DNA of 55,078 nucleotides from Macrostomum lignano (Eukaryota). The stretch is taken from assembly GCA_002269645.1 (NCBI GenBank), contig NIVC01003645.1, positions 1 to 55,078 on the forward strand, written 5' to 3'. A model generated the notes under the pieces. It was not told the origin of the DNA. It did not search any database and saw nothing but the letters and a program-made list of their open reading frames with translations. Shown here one piece after another: positions 23,728-36,100 of this stretch (position 1 is its first letter; every line of letters begins with the position of its first letter). A program made the position numbers and the translations under genes.

Positions 23728-25111
23728 TGTATATAGTTATACATCTCTCTTTTAAGGAGCTGCATATCTCAAAATCCGAAGAAGGTGCAGTAAAGACAAA
23801 TGTCTTTTGGTAGACTTACTAACGGAATGAAAACTCGCACTCACAGCGCCTCTATAAATTCGCTTTCACCTCAAACAGTTCAGGTTCATCTGGAACAGGC
23901 AGCTTCTCTATAGCCGTTTCTGAACTAGCTTGTAACAGGTCGTTTATCGGTAGTCTCTGAAAGGCCTCTCACGCCAACTACCTTACACGCCTGCTACCCC
24001 TCTGCCACGACAGACAGAAGCTTCGAAGAACTGAGACAAGTCCTTTTCTTAGGTTTGAGCTCAAACTTTACTCAACTCGGCAGTGGAGATCCTCGGCTCT
24101 TTCAATTGCATTGTATTTATAATGCTCGGCATTGTGCTTGGGGGCAGCGTTGGGGTGCTGGCGTGATATTTCCCCCCCCCACCCATCTTATTTGCTTTTT
24201 TGCATAGTTGAGCAGTTAGATAAATTAACACTGATATAGCTGTTTGCAAACTTAAACTCTCTGCAGTAATTATAAAATTTTACGGGCCTTGTTGATTACT
24301 TTGTAGCGTCCTTCGTTTATTTGCTGTAGTACTTCCATCTCATTTAGTGATTTCCCGTGAAGACAAAGTAGCTATGGCAGGTAGGTGCAGGGCTCTCTTG
24401 ATATCGCTTCTTCAACGCAGAGTCAAGTGCATGATCAGCCATGAAATCGCCACTGCGCCAATGCCTTGCTCCCAGCTTACGGCGTCGACTAGAGGGACCC
24501 TCAATTATGGGAGCAGTCCATGCACCTGTGCCGAGAACTCTGTCGCTCTTGGGAGTTCTGTCCTTAATGTCAAACGCAGTACTTTTCGAAAGTTTGCTTC
24601 CGTTAGTATAGATGACACGGTGACCAAAAATGTCGAATGACTTGAAGATTCAACAGCCGCATGGTCTATAATATTTTATCCACCGCTCCAGTTGTTGCAT
24701 TGAAGACTTGCTAACAATTGGTTTTCATTCGTTGGTCTATGGTTTAATTTCCAGCATGAGAGTCGATTCAGAATAAAAAGGGAGAACAGTTATCGGGTCT
24801 GGCATATTATACCGGGTCGGGTTTTATTCTTGTGGTTTACCACACCATATGCATTCACCTTTCTGTTCTTTAGCCTTCAGCGTGCAATTGCATTAGTTGT
24901 TTTAAAATATGATGAGATCAGCAAGAATATTGTTTGTCCAAAAACGTGATTTGAAAAAGTTCGAGAAAAAAAATTGCAATTGTCTTTATGAAGAAGAAAA
25001 AATAAAATAAATTTGCAAGTGAAAGTATAAGAGATTAAGAGATTATTATTAAAAAGTGCATCTGCATCAAGCGGGGCAGTGTTGCATCCAGAAGATGGAT
25101 CACGCGGACGC

Positions 25112-28100
25112 CTATCGGTGGTCGCGGTACATCTTTGTGAACGTTTCGCCAAATAATCGACGCAACTCGTTGCGCATAGCCTTGAACGTTGGCGTCAGGA
25201 GGCCGTTCTCAACGCTAAACGGCTCGTGGTGCAGGTGTATGTCCCGCACCTGCAAGTGACAGGATGGTAAGCGATATAGCCTCATACTAGCTGCTGAATG
25301 CATTCTAAAACCTACATGTAAATTGGCGTTGGAATGGATTGAAGTTGGAATTGGTTGTAAAGGGCCTTAGCGAGACACATGTAGTACATTTCGATTCGAT
25401 ATATCACTGAGCCTCCATTACCGCATATGATTAGCCTTTACACAAAACCAATTGCGCAGTAAAACTTTACATACGATGTCGCCGTACCTGCTCGAAAGAC
25501 TTGAGATCATTAGCCTTCCCCGTGGCTTGCATACTCTGCAGGATCTCCGTTTTTAGTTCCAAATCGTTGCACAGGTCTTTCAAATTTTCCGGTTTGCGCC
25601 GCTTCTTTGCCCAAGCCATCACAGCCTCCGGGTTGGGCACAACCGCGGCCAGAATGAAATTCTCCAGGCTGTCTCCGTGCACGAACACCTGATACACGTA
25701 GACGTTGGTGCTGTAAATCTGTTCAATCTTTTCTGGAGCAACGTACTCGCCCTGGGACAACTTGAAAATGTGCTTCTTTCGGTCGATAATCTTTAGAAAA
25801 CCGTCGCTAGTCCATTGACCAATGTCACCCGTGTGCATCCAGCCGTCGGAGTCCATGATCTTGGCCGTCTCCGCTTCCATTTGGAAGTAGCCAAGCGTGA
25901 CGTTCAAGCCTTTGATGCAGACTTCGCCCGAGCCGTCTTTAGCGTAGTAGCCCATTTCCGGGACGTCCTGCAGCTGGACGACGTTGTTGAACAACGGCAT
26001 GCCGACGTTGCCCGTCTGCGGGTTGCCTGGAAGCGTGACAGTGGAGCCACCTGTGGTCTCCGTCTGGCCGTAGCCTTCCACTACCGGACAGCCGAAGGCC
26101 GCCCTTGAGAAGCGCATCACCTTTTCGGCTAGAGGAGCGGAGCCCACAATGACCAGCCGGATGCGGTTGCCGGTGGAGGCCTGCTCAATGGGTTCAAAAT
26201 AAATTTGCTGCTTTTTTCTGGACTTTATGATCGTTTTGAAATTTAGAGCCCAAAATATAAATTATAAAGCTGATTTGAGACTTGCTGGAGGAACGCCTCA
26301 CATTACTGATGACCACTACCATAACCTGAATGGTCGATTTTTCACCGCGCTAATCGCGTCTTTCCACAATTTTTCATTGCCTTCCTTCCTAAAACTGCCT
26401 TGTACATTTTCACTGCACAGTGGTGTACGCAGAGGGGCACAGGTGTCATTAGTACGTGTACGTCAACAAAATTCGCCTAAGTGGTCTATCTACTAGTTAC
26501 AGTACGCGATCATGAGTCATGACCAATGCATCAACGTTAATAACAGGGAGCTCTCACCTGAATCTTGCTAAACACCAGCGAGTCCCAGATGGAATTCTTC
26601 CGAATGACTCGCCGATTAACTTCATTAGTTTTGCGTCTAAGCGCCATGCGGAAGATGGCAGCCCCAAGACAGTTGGAGTTCGCCTGGGCCAAGGTCTTGT
26701 CGTAAATCCGATTCAGCAGCCGAGGCACCGTGCAGAAAATGGTCGGCTTGAGCTCCTTCATGTCGTCGACTAGAGTGAGAATGTCGCCACGGTAGAATCC
26801 GATTCTCATGCCATGCATGAAGCATAAAACGTGCATAATTCGCTCGAAGATGTGAGCCAGAGGCAGGTAGCTCAGGTAGACGTCATCGCAGCTGGCGGTG
26901 GACACGTACTGTGAAATTTCCGGGTTTGAAGCTGTCGACACCTTCTTCACGCTTAAATAGACTCAGCCAGATAAAATATTGTCGACAGTCAATCGAATCA
27001 ATTAACTGTCGGCAACCTCAAACTTTAGCAAACTTGTTCTCTCACCTGCTTGCCGTGAGTTATCAAAAGGTCCGTCATGGCCAGCGATTCGGCTATTAAA
27101 TTGCCGTGCGTAATTTGAACGCCCTTCGGGAGGCCTGGGTGCAAAAGCAGGGGGAAAATATTAAAGAATGTACGAGCTAAGAATGCGATTCTCCCCTTCA
27201 TACTGTCCTTGTCTGCTCACATCTGTCTAATTTCAACATTTTGTGCTTTTGCCATAATAAACCTTGACTGCTGCTTTCCCAAGCCTGTGGTTTCGGTTTT
27301 GCCGGTAGACTCCATTGACCTACAGCGTATTGGCTATTTCTGTCTTCGGAGGGGCATTATATAAAACTGGAGAACGCTACACCTGTTGAAATCAGTTTCT
27401 TAGTTTCCGAGGTCCGGGATTGCTCTCGTTTGTAGCAATTTTAGAAGGAAAATGATTTGTTGATTTCTGCATACGCGCCATGCATTCATCAGATACTTAA
27501 TGGAATAGGACTCGCGACAAAAAAACTACATGTAAGGCTTCAAAGACTGTCAAACAACTTGAAGAGACTTGATTTTAGATACGTTTGCCTCTGAGATTCA
27601 TTTTCCCTTGACGCACCGGTAGTTCCGCTGGTGTAGCACAGCAGAGCCAGGCTTTTCCTGTTGGGCTGCTGGCGCTGCTCGACTGGATTTTCCCGCCCTG
27701 CCTTCAGCGCCTCCTGCCAGCCCCAGGCCTGCTGCTTGATCTCGTTGACCTTTGGTATCCGGCCGCTCAGCTGAATGATGTGCAGGATCTGGGCGGAGTT
27801 CTTCAAGCGCAGCAGATTGGTCACGTGCTGGGGAGTCTCGCACAGGATGACACTAATGCGAGTCTGCATCAGAATGTGGTCCGTGGCCTCCGGGCCCAAG
27901 GTGTCGTACAGCGGCACTGGGGTGAGGCAGTACAGGTAGCAGCCGAGCTCCAGTATCACCCACTCGGCGCGGTTCTTGGTGTAAATTCCCACAAAACTTT
28001 CCGGCGGCAGTTTGAGAACGGCGGCCAGGAATGCACCGATGTTGAGCGCTTCGGTGAACACCTATAAGTTTTTTTCAAGTTATAAGTCTGTGTTATAAGT

Positions 28101-29429
28101 CTGTCAAAAGTCAATGGGCTGCTAATTATTACGACAGTCAATCTACCGGGGCCGCCCACCCCCCCCCCCCAAATCACCCGCTACAGACTCGTTGAATAAC
28201 AAGAGCTCCATTTCAGCCACCTCTTCGACAGGGCATCTGAGTGTACAGCACACACCAAAAACCCACCAAGAGACAGTGACGTCCACCAAGAGACAGCCAC
28301 GTCCACCAAGAACGAAGAGACAGTGACGTCCACCAAGAGACAGTGACGCCCACCAAGAGACAGTGACGCCCACCAAGAGACAGTGACGTCCACCAAGAGA
28401 CAGCCACGTCCACCAAGAGACAGTGACGCCCACCAAGAGACAGTGACGCCCACCAAGAGACAGTGACGTCCACCAAGAGACAGTGACGTCCACCAAGAGA
28501 CAGCGACATCCACCAAGAGTCAGTGACGTCAACCAGGAGACAGTGACACGAACAAGAAACCTTATTCACAAACATACTGAGTACACTAAAAGAGATTTGC
28601 TTCACATTCTTTCTTTGCCACTCTTCAGTGGGATCTCAGATATTCCAGGAATTACCAACCCATCATGAACTGTGGTGACAGTCGGCCCGTTACCGCTCTA
28701 CTTTTTAATATAAAAAAATCAAAATACTCGTAGTATACATGTACAGGAGGGCTGTTGGCACCCTGGCGCTGAGGCAATTCTGCCCATTCCGCTGACTCCT
28801 GAGCACATGCAGGCGCGCCAATGCTGTACGCAGGCACGTACTCAAACACGCTCACACAGGATGCGCAGCGGTCCTGACTTTCTCAGGCGTGTACTCTAGT
28901 TCTGTGCATTGGAGGGTTGGCCCTCGTAGGGGGGGGGGCGGACTAAGCTGTTCTGCTTCCGAAATCGAAATTAAGGCCCAAAATTATGATGAGATTTATG
29001 TCTTAACTAAATTCTTCAGCAGGGCGCAAGCACATCCCACTAAATTACAAGTTCACAGTGAACTTTACCTCCTGATAAGACATCCAGGTGAATGGCGAGT
29101 TGATATCGAACCTGGTACCCAGACAGGGCCTGGACGCCGAGACCCGCATGCCGCTCTTGAAGACGTCCACAACGCTCGCATCGGGGTATTCTTCAAACCT
29201 CCGGCTGAACACTTTGAGTCGCTGGATTTTAAAGAAATAGGTAAAACCGTGCATGTAAAGTTGCTGATAAAGCGTATTATGCTTCAGCCTGCTCTCTCCC
29301 CTATGCCTAAAACTGTCTCTCCCATCGAGTACTCACATCATCTTGTTTGTCGATGGAGGTGCTCGACAAGATCTCGGCGTCCTTCTCGTTAACTTTATTT
29401 GCTGCTGGATTAACCTTAGCATGCGGCAT
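25112..29429 (-). CDS. ACSL: Long-chain-fatty-acid--CoA ligase (ACSL1/5/6 type), about 653 aa
   Basis: Exons 29429-29337, 29221-29069, 28061-27617, 27134-27046, 26908-26558, 26180-25488, 25249-25112 join in frame. AMP-binding motif YTSGTTGLPKG, YLSYLPLAHIFER, EGYGQTE, GWMHTGDIG, IIDRKKHIFKLSQGEYVAPEKIE and LTPTFK are present. The start exon is less certain than the rest. Confidence 0.93.
28265..28540. repeat. 20-bp minisatellite in an ACSL intron
   Basis: Unit CACCAAGAGACAGTGACGTC. Confidence 0.93.
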
Positions 29430-30117
29430 TGCTGCGTACGTAGATGCTCTGCTCTAGAAGGGAAATAACTAGCTTTGTCTTTCTCTGTGCTCAGATATAA
29501 ATATTCGCTTTTTTTGCTAGTGCCGAAAAAATCTCTATGGCTTTGAAGCTTTGCTCTTTAGATTTGAGGCTTAATAAAAAATCGAGTTTGTATCCATCTA
29601 AGCCCACATCAGAAACGCTCGGGTTTATACCCTCAAACAGCCAATGCTCCTTTCTATCCATAATTATCTTGTCCAGCAGTCCCGTGATTGGCTTTTTAGT
29701 CCAGTCCAGCCGCACCTGTGCTCAGATCCCTCTCGCTCAGTTTCTGCACCTGAGCCAATTGAGTCAGGCAGCGTCTGGGTCTTCTTACCCTCATCAAATC
29801 TTTCAAATCATCCAGTAATTTAAAAAAAATCGCTTCTCAGAAAACCGGAAATTAAGCGGTCCGGATTTTCTGCAGCAACTCTTCCTGTGCCGAAAGCAGC
29901 GGTCATTCGGTGCTAATAAATCTTTTGAACTCGGTAGGAATAGCAAAAAAATTAACAAATATTACGTAGTACAGCAGCGGTACATTTTAACAAACAAGAA
30001 TTATGCTCATTAGCTGTTGAACAAAACAAAATTTAGTTAAATTTCAACCCAATCAGCTTGATAAAATTCAATTTAAAGCTACCAAAAAGAGCTGGGTTCA
30101 CATTAAAATTCTATCAA

Positions 30118-33100
30118 TTAGAAATAGTGCGTCTCCGGCTGCCACTGAGCACTTCCTCCATTATTGTTTGACCCAGCCGAGTCCTGGTGCAGGTAGCAGC
30201 TGGGATAGACCGATGCCCGTCTCTGTCGGTAGCTTCCAGCGCTGAGCTCCATCAAAACAGTCGAACGCCGGTTGGAGGATGCACCGCAGCCACGGGAACG
30301 GCATCCGCATCTTCTGGCGAACTGCTGACCCACAGCGAGCCGGATGTAGCTCAGCAGCAGGTCGAGAATCTCCAGCACTGTCAGCACGCTGACGCCGATC
30401 CACAGGCCGAGGTTTCCGCCAAGATCCGACAGAAGCTTCTCCATGGTGTAGGCCAGCTCCTCGACCTCCAGATCGGCCAGGTAGCTCTCGGCCAGGACGT
30501 CGATTTTCGTGACTCACTGCTCGAGCTCGCTCATCGGCAGACTCCGATTGTTGGCGAATTCATTGAGCACGGTGAATCTGTAGGAGTTTGATGGAGTCTG
30601 AGTCAGTGTGCTCAGCGGCTACTCTTGTTAGATAATGAAGACGAAGCGAAGGAAAAGGAGAGACTGAGAAAGACGGCGATGAAAAGAAGAGTAGATGGTG
30701 AATGAAGGTAAAACTTAAGGTAAATTTAAGCGTCGAATATTCCAGTCAGTTCATAAAACCAAATGAAGTTGAATGTGTGAACTATACTAGCAGGCTTTAG
30801 CGGAGAAGGTGCAAAGAAGGTGCTTTATTTAAGCAAATTGCTTGACAGAAGATACTTTGAAATACCGTTAAGTAGTTCGACTCCTTACTGGAGGAAATAA
30901 GTAGAAACGCACCTGCCAGTCAGATTGGCCTGGTCGAACATGATGTTCAGCCGGGACATCAGAACCGGATAGGCAGCCGCGGTGGGCCACTTGGCCATGG
31001 ACACCACATTGGTGTAGGACTGCCTGACGCACGGATGCGCGCAGCTGTTCAGAGCCTCAGTGGTTGCGGCCGCTTCCGGACTGTTGAAGTAGCGATCGTG
31101 ACAGAGGCTCCTATCGATCAGGCGGTCGACCGCCTAGGAGCGAAGTGTGGTGACATTCGATAGATCGCGATGCCTACCACCGGGCATGATGGCATCCTCC
31201 TTGAGCAGGGTATGATAATAATTGACTACACCTGCCCCAATTGGGTCAGATGTGCAACCGACAGCTCAGCCGCAGCTATTGCGCGGTGCATCTGAAGGCT
31301 GCGTACGGCTGTTCAGTCCAAAGACTGGGAGAGGGGAGTCGCCACACACACCCTCAATTACCTCCAGCCAATGCTGGCACCCATTTTACAGGTGGGTGAA
31401 CTGAAGCAATGCAGAGTTAAGTGTCTTGCTCAAGGGCACAAATTGTTCCAGTGGGATTGGGAATCGAACCCCCGACCTTCAAGTCGAGAGTCCGACGCTC
31501 TAACCAGTAGGCTACAGCCCCCTCCCAAAAGTGCTCTCAAAAATTCCGCCGTATCTTGTTGGCGCGGGATAAAGACTTCTCTATTGATCAAGATTATTTG
31601 TCTGCTGTCCTGCTAGATATTGACCCAATATATTGGAAACTTTTTCTAATTGTTTCTGAATGAACTCTTCTATATGCTCATCTTTCTCGATCGTCCAGGG
31701 TATAGTTTTTCAAAATTTAGTACTCCGACTTATGAAACTGGAAGACACTTTAACTAATTTTTATTCGTACGAGCTACCTTTCGCCCTGTCTCATTCCAGC
31801 TCACGTAGTGCGTCGTAGCCAGGTATTTGAGCCATTCGGCTGACAGGTAGTGGCACTGGTCCCGCAGCTGGTACTGCTCAAACACCGGATAAGCGTACGA
31901 GATGCAGCCGCACTGCGAGTAGAGAAAAGTCTGATAGGAGCGCATCAGGCAGACCTCCTGGTCGTAGGCGAACTCCGTCAGCTGGCCGTTGGTCCTGTCC
32001 AGCACGCGCACCGAGCCCGCCGCCTGGTCCGTCTGGCACGGCTTGGCCGGGGTCGACAGGCTGCGGGTCTCCAGCATGCGCACGCTGAACTGGTAGGCCT
32101 TGGCCGAGGCCATGGTGACTCCCCGGAACTCCGGCACCGGGTAGGTCGTGTGCGGGTGGATGATGGTCTTGATGCCCTCAACTCGGTCCAGCCGCTCGCC
32201 ATCCGACCGGCCATCGGGCAGCAGCGTCGGGTTGCTCGCTACGGTTTCTGCATCGGCGGAGGAGCCGCTGTTCTCATTCTGCGTGAACAGCACCAGACGC
32301 ATTCCGTAGGAGAACAGGTCGATCTGTTTGGGGCAATCGAAATGTGATCGGAATTTTAACTGGCACCAACGGGGGGCGGAGTTCGCTAGTCCAATTACTA
32401 AATCAACAATCGCTTTATGATGCCTTTGTTTTGAAGGTCCTAAATATCGCTTAGGCTGACAATGAATAAGAAGCACTATATACAAGTACATAGAGTCTTG
32501 AAGCGACCCAACACGCATTGGTTCGGATTTCAAACTCAAAGTGGAACCGATCAAGCTTTTTTAAACAAAAAACCGTTAAAAAGCTTGACTGTCTTGAAAG
32601 CTACGAAACTTTAAAAGTTATTATTGGAGAGCGGCAACACCTGAAATTCTGTTACGCTTCCTAAACGGACTTCGGAAAGAAGTTGGAAGGATATATAGAT
32701 TTGCCTTCGCACAGTCCTGGGTGAGGTTTTGCCATAGACAAAACACGCACTTGCTTGATTTGGACTTGGGAAGTCCGTAAGGTGAGGCAATGGATAGTTA
32801 TAGATACAGTTTCAGAGGTAGATAATGATCAATTGTCACGAGTGGCGAAGCCCATTTAACCAAGTCCCCTGAGCAGGCACACAAGCGCGCAGATACGTAC
32901 GCAGTCATACGCACAGGCACACACTCACAGAAGTGTACAGGGCCGTTGTTTGTCGTTAGGCATGTACACTTCGCTGTGCCTTGGGGGTTGGCCCACAAAG
33001 GTATTAGTTGCACGAGCAGAGAGCCAAGCCGAGATTCCAATTTGGCCTCAAATTTATTTGACTGCACTCGGAATCGAGCCTGGGCCGCTGGCACATCAGA

Positions 33101-36100
33101 GCGCCGCGCGGGACCACGTGGGCTACGTCCCCCATTGTGTATTCATACTGAACTGCTGACGAACAACAAAGCTGAAAACTGATGAGTCTCCCCATCCCCA
33201 TGTCCACGGGAAAATTTGCACCATTTTTCTACTGGATTCGCTTCTGTCGCTTCTCTCAATTCTTTCGCTGTGAAACGTGTAGCAGCCGCGGTACTGGCTG
33301 CTGCTGTGCTGGGTGAACATACTGGCGTTGCACGGCACTCCATGAATCACGCAGTCCACCAGCATGTCCTCTAGCGGCAGGTAGAAATCCTTCTCGTTCG
33401 CGCTGCAGTACCTGCGCATTTTTTGAGGAGGTTTCGTTGTGCTGAGAAATCTGCTGTACATATAAAGTCCATTAATATCCAATAAAAGCCATGGAACTTC
33501 CACAACTAAGGGCTTATTGCAGCAAACGAACATTTTTGTTGAGAAAAGTAGCAGAAATACCAAATGTTGTTCCCTGATTTCTCCTACTCATACCTATTAT
33601 TTAGCCAATTTTCCTTTGAATTCGCTAGAAACCATTTTCGTGCAGGCAAGCAGAAGTTCTCTTTGAAGCCTTTGAATAGCGAACGACGCTTTTGAAATTT
33701 TTCATAAATCGAGAACAAACTGCTCGGTAAATCAGAGAAAGAAACTGAACTTGAAACAATTTTCGATGGAGAAAGTGGCAGAGAGGAGAGGCGGGAGAGG
33801 CAGAAATGAGAGGATAGAGAGGCACAAAGGGTGAGAGGCCTAGAGGAGAGGCAGATAAGCACACAGAGGAGAGGCAGATAATCACAGAGAGGAGAGGCAG
33901 ATAACCACACAGAGGAGAGGCAGATAAGCACACAGAGGAGAGGCAGATAAGCACACAGAGGAGAGGCAGATAATCACAGAGAGGAGAGGCAGATAACCAC
34001 ACAGAGGAGAGGCAGATAAGCACACAGAGGAGAGGCAGATAAGCACACAGAGGAGAGGCAGATAATCACAGAGAGGAGAGGCAGACAATCACAGAGAGGA
34101 GAGGCAGATAATCACAGAGAGGAGAGGCAGATAGTCACAGAGAGGAGAGGCAGATAATCACACAGAGGAGAGGTAGATAAGCAGAGAGAGGAGAGGCAGA
34201 TAAGCAGAGAGAGGAGAGGTAGATAAGCAGAGAGAGGAGAGGTAGATAAGCAGAGAGAGGAGAGGTAGATAAGCAGAGAGAGGAGAGGTAGATAATCACA
34301 GAGAGGAGAGGCAGATAACCACACAGAGGAGAGGCAGATAAGCACACAGAGGAGAGGCAGATAAGCACACAGAGGAGAGGCAGATAATCACAGAGAGGAG
34401 AGGCAGACAATCACAGAGAGGAGAGGCAGATAATCACAGAGAGGAGAGGCAGATAGTCACAGAGAGGAGAGGCAGATAATCACACAGAGGAGAGGTAGAT
34501 AAGCAGAGAGAGGAGAGGCAGATAAGCAGAGAGAGGAGAGGTAGATAAGCAGAGAGAGGAGAGGTAGATAAGCAGAGAGAGGAGAGGCAGATAAGCAGAG
34601 AGAGGAGAGGTAGATAAGCAGAGAGAGGAGAGGCAGATAAGCAGAGAGAGGAGAGGCAGATAAGCAGAGAGAGGAGAGGTATATAAGCAACAGATGAGAG
34701 GCAAATAAGCAGGGATAGAACGCCAATGATATTGCTAGGTGAAGGTGAAGGTGGCCTGTAGTGAGTTGCGTAGCAAGAGTACTTGTATGCCCCAGTCGCT
34801 AGAGCGGGGGTGGGGGTTGCTATTGTACAGCATGTACGTGCTTTCCACCCACCCCTGTCTCTGTCTTTTATACCCAGTTATGTAACAATGGTTGTATCGT
34901 ATTTAACCTGCGTATATCGATGGGATCGATCTAATAAACGCCAATAGGCTTCGTCAACTCTCAGTCGTATCTCTCTATCTTAGTCTACACCTCTATCTTA
35001 GTCTTTGGCAAGCGCTGCACGCCAAACGTGAGCAGTTTTCAGCCACGTGATGCCGAGAATTTCTCCCAAATAGCAACCATTTTTCGAAAACCTGAAGGCC
35101 GAATTCCTGCACAGGCTTTTTCCCCTAAAAACAAATCCCAAAGGGAATTAACATGTGTGCGGCTAACCTTATCAAAGCTCTTTAATCTGCTCAAATGTCA
35201 TGCAGTGATTCGAAGGATGTTGTTTAAGCGGCTTAGTCAAAAATCTGTGGGATTGATTCAATGCGCGAAGGCATTTTCATCGAGACTTATCCGAACAAAG
35301 CTTTGTCAACACTTTCCTCATTTCATTTCTGTAGCAAAGCAAGCCCTTGTCTCGAATCCCCATCCGAAACTCGAATCCCCATCCGAAACTCTAATCCCAA
35401 TCCGAAACTCGAATCCCAATCCGAAACTCGAATCCCAATCCGAAACTCGAATCCCAATCCGAAACTCGAATCCCAATCCGAAACTCGAATCCCAATCCGA
35501 AACTCGAATCCCAATCCGAAACTCGAATCCCAATCCGAAACTCGAATCCCAATCCGAAACTCGAATCCAAATCCGAAACTCGAATCCCAATCCGAAACTC
35601 GAATCCCAATCCGAAACTCGAATCCCAATCCGAAACTCGAATCCAAATCCGAACTCGAATCCCAATCCGAAACTCGAATCCCAATCCGAAACTCGAATCC
35701 CAATCCGAAACTCGAATCCCAATCCGAAACTCGAATCCCAATCCGAAACTCGAATCCAAATCCGAACTCGAATCCCAATCCGAAACTCGAATTCCCAATC
35801 CGAAACTCGAATCCTGAACTCAAATGTCCAACTCGAACCCCTGCCCATCTCACCGTATCCGGGACACCAGCTTGAACAGGTCTGGCACTCGGTTCTCGTT
35901 CTCCATCTGCAGGTTCTCAAGGTTGGCCTCCAAAGCCAGCAGCTGTTTGCTCTTCTCCAGCTCTGGCCGCTCCAAGAAGTTGCCGGCCACGCAGAACGTC
36001 AGATCGGGAAAGTGGAAGGCCACCGACTGAGACAGGCGCTTCACGGACACCGGGTACTGCTTGTACTGATCAAGCAGGATGCTGAACTGCACCAGGAAGC

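Noticed and set aside
24340-24640. Degraded LINE RNase H remnant on the minus strand (RVIYTNGSK...DSAL)
   Set aside because: Only two loose motif matches, with catalytic residues altered and no downstream WVPGH/GNE motif; too weak without a profile search.
29450-30117. SECIS element that would recode the channel UGA as selenocysteine
   Set aside because: ATGA cores exist but I could not find the required helix, apical AA and GA partner by eye. Not excluded without SECISearch.
35345-35815. Second B-box array (ACTCGAATCC in the 19-mer)
   Set aside because: Two mismatches at invariant B-box positions.
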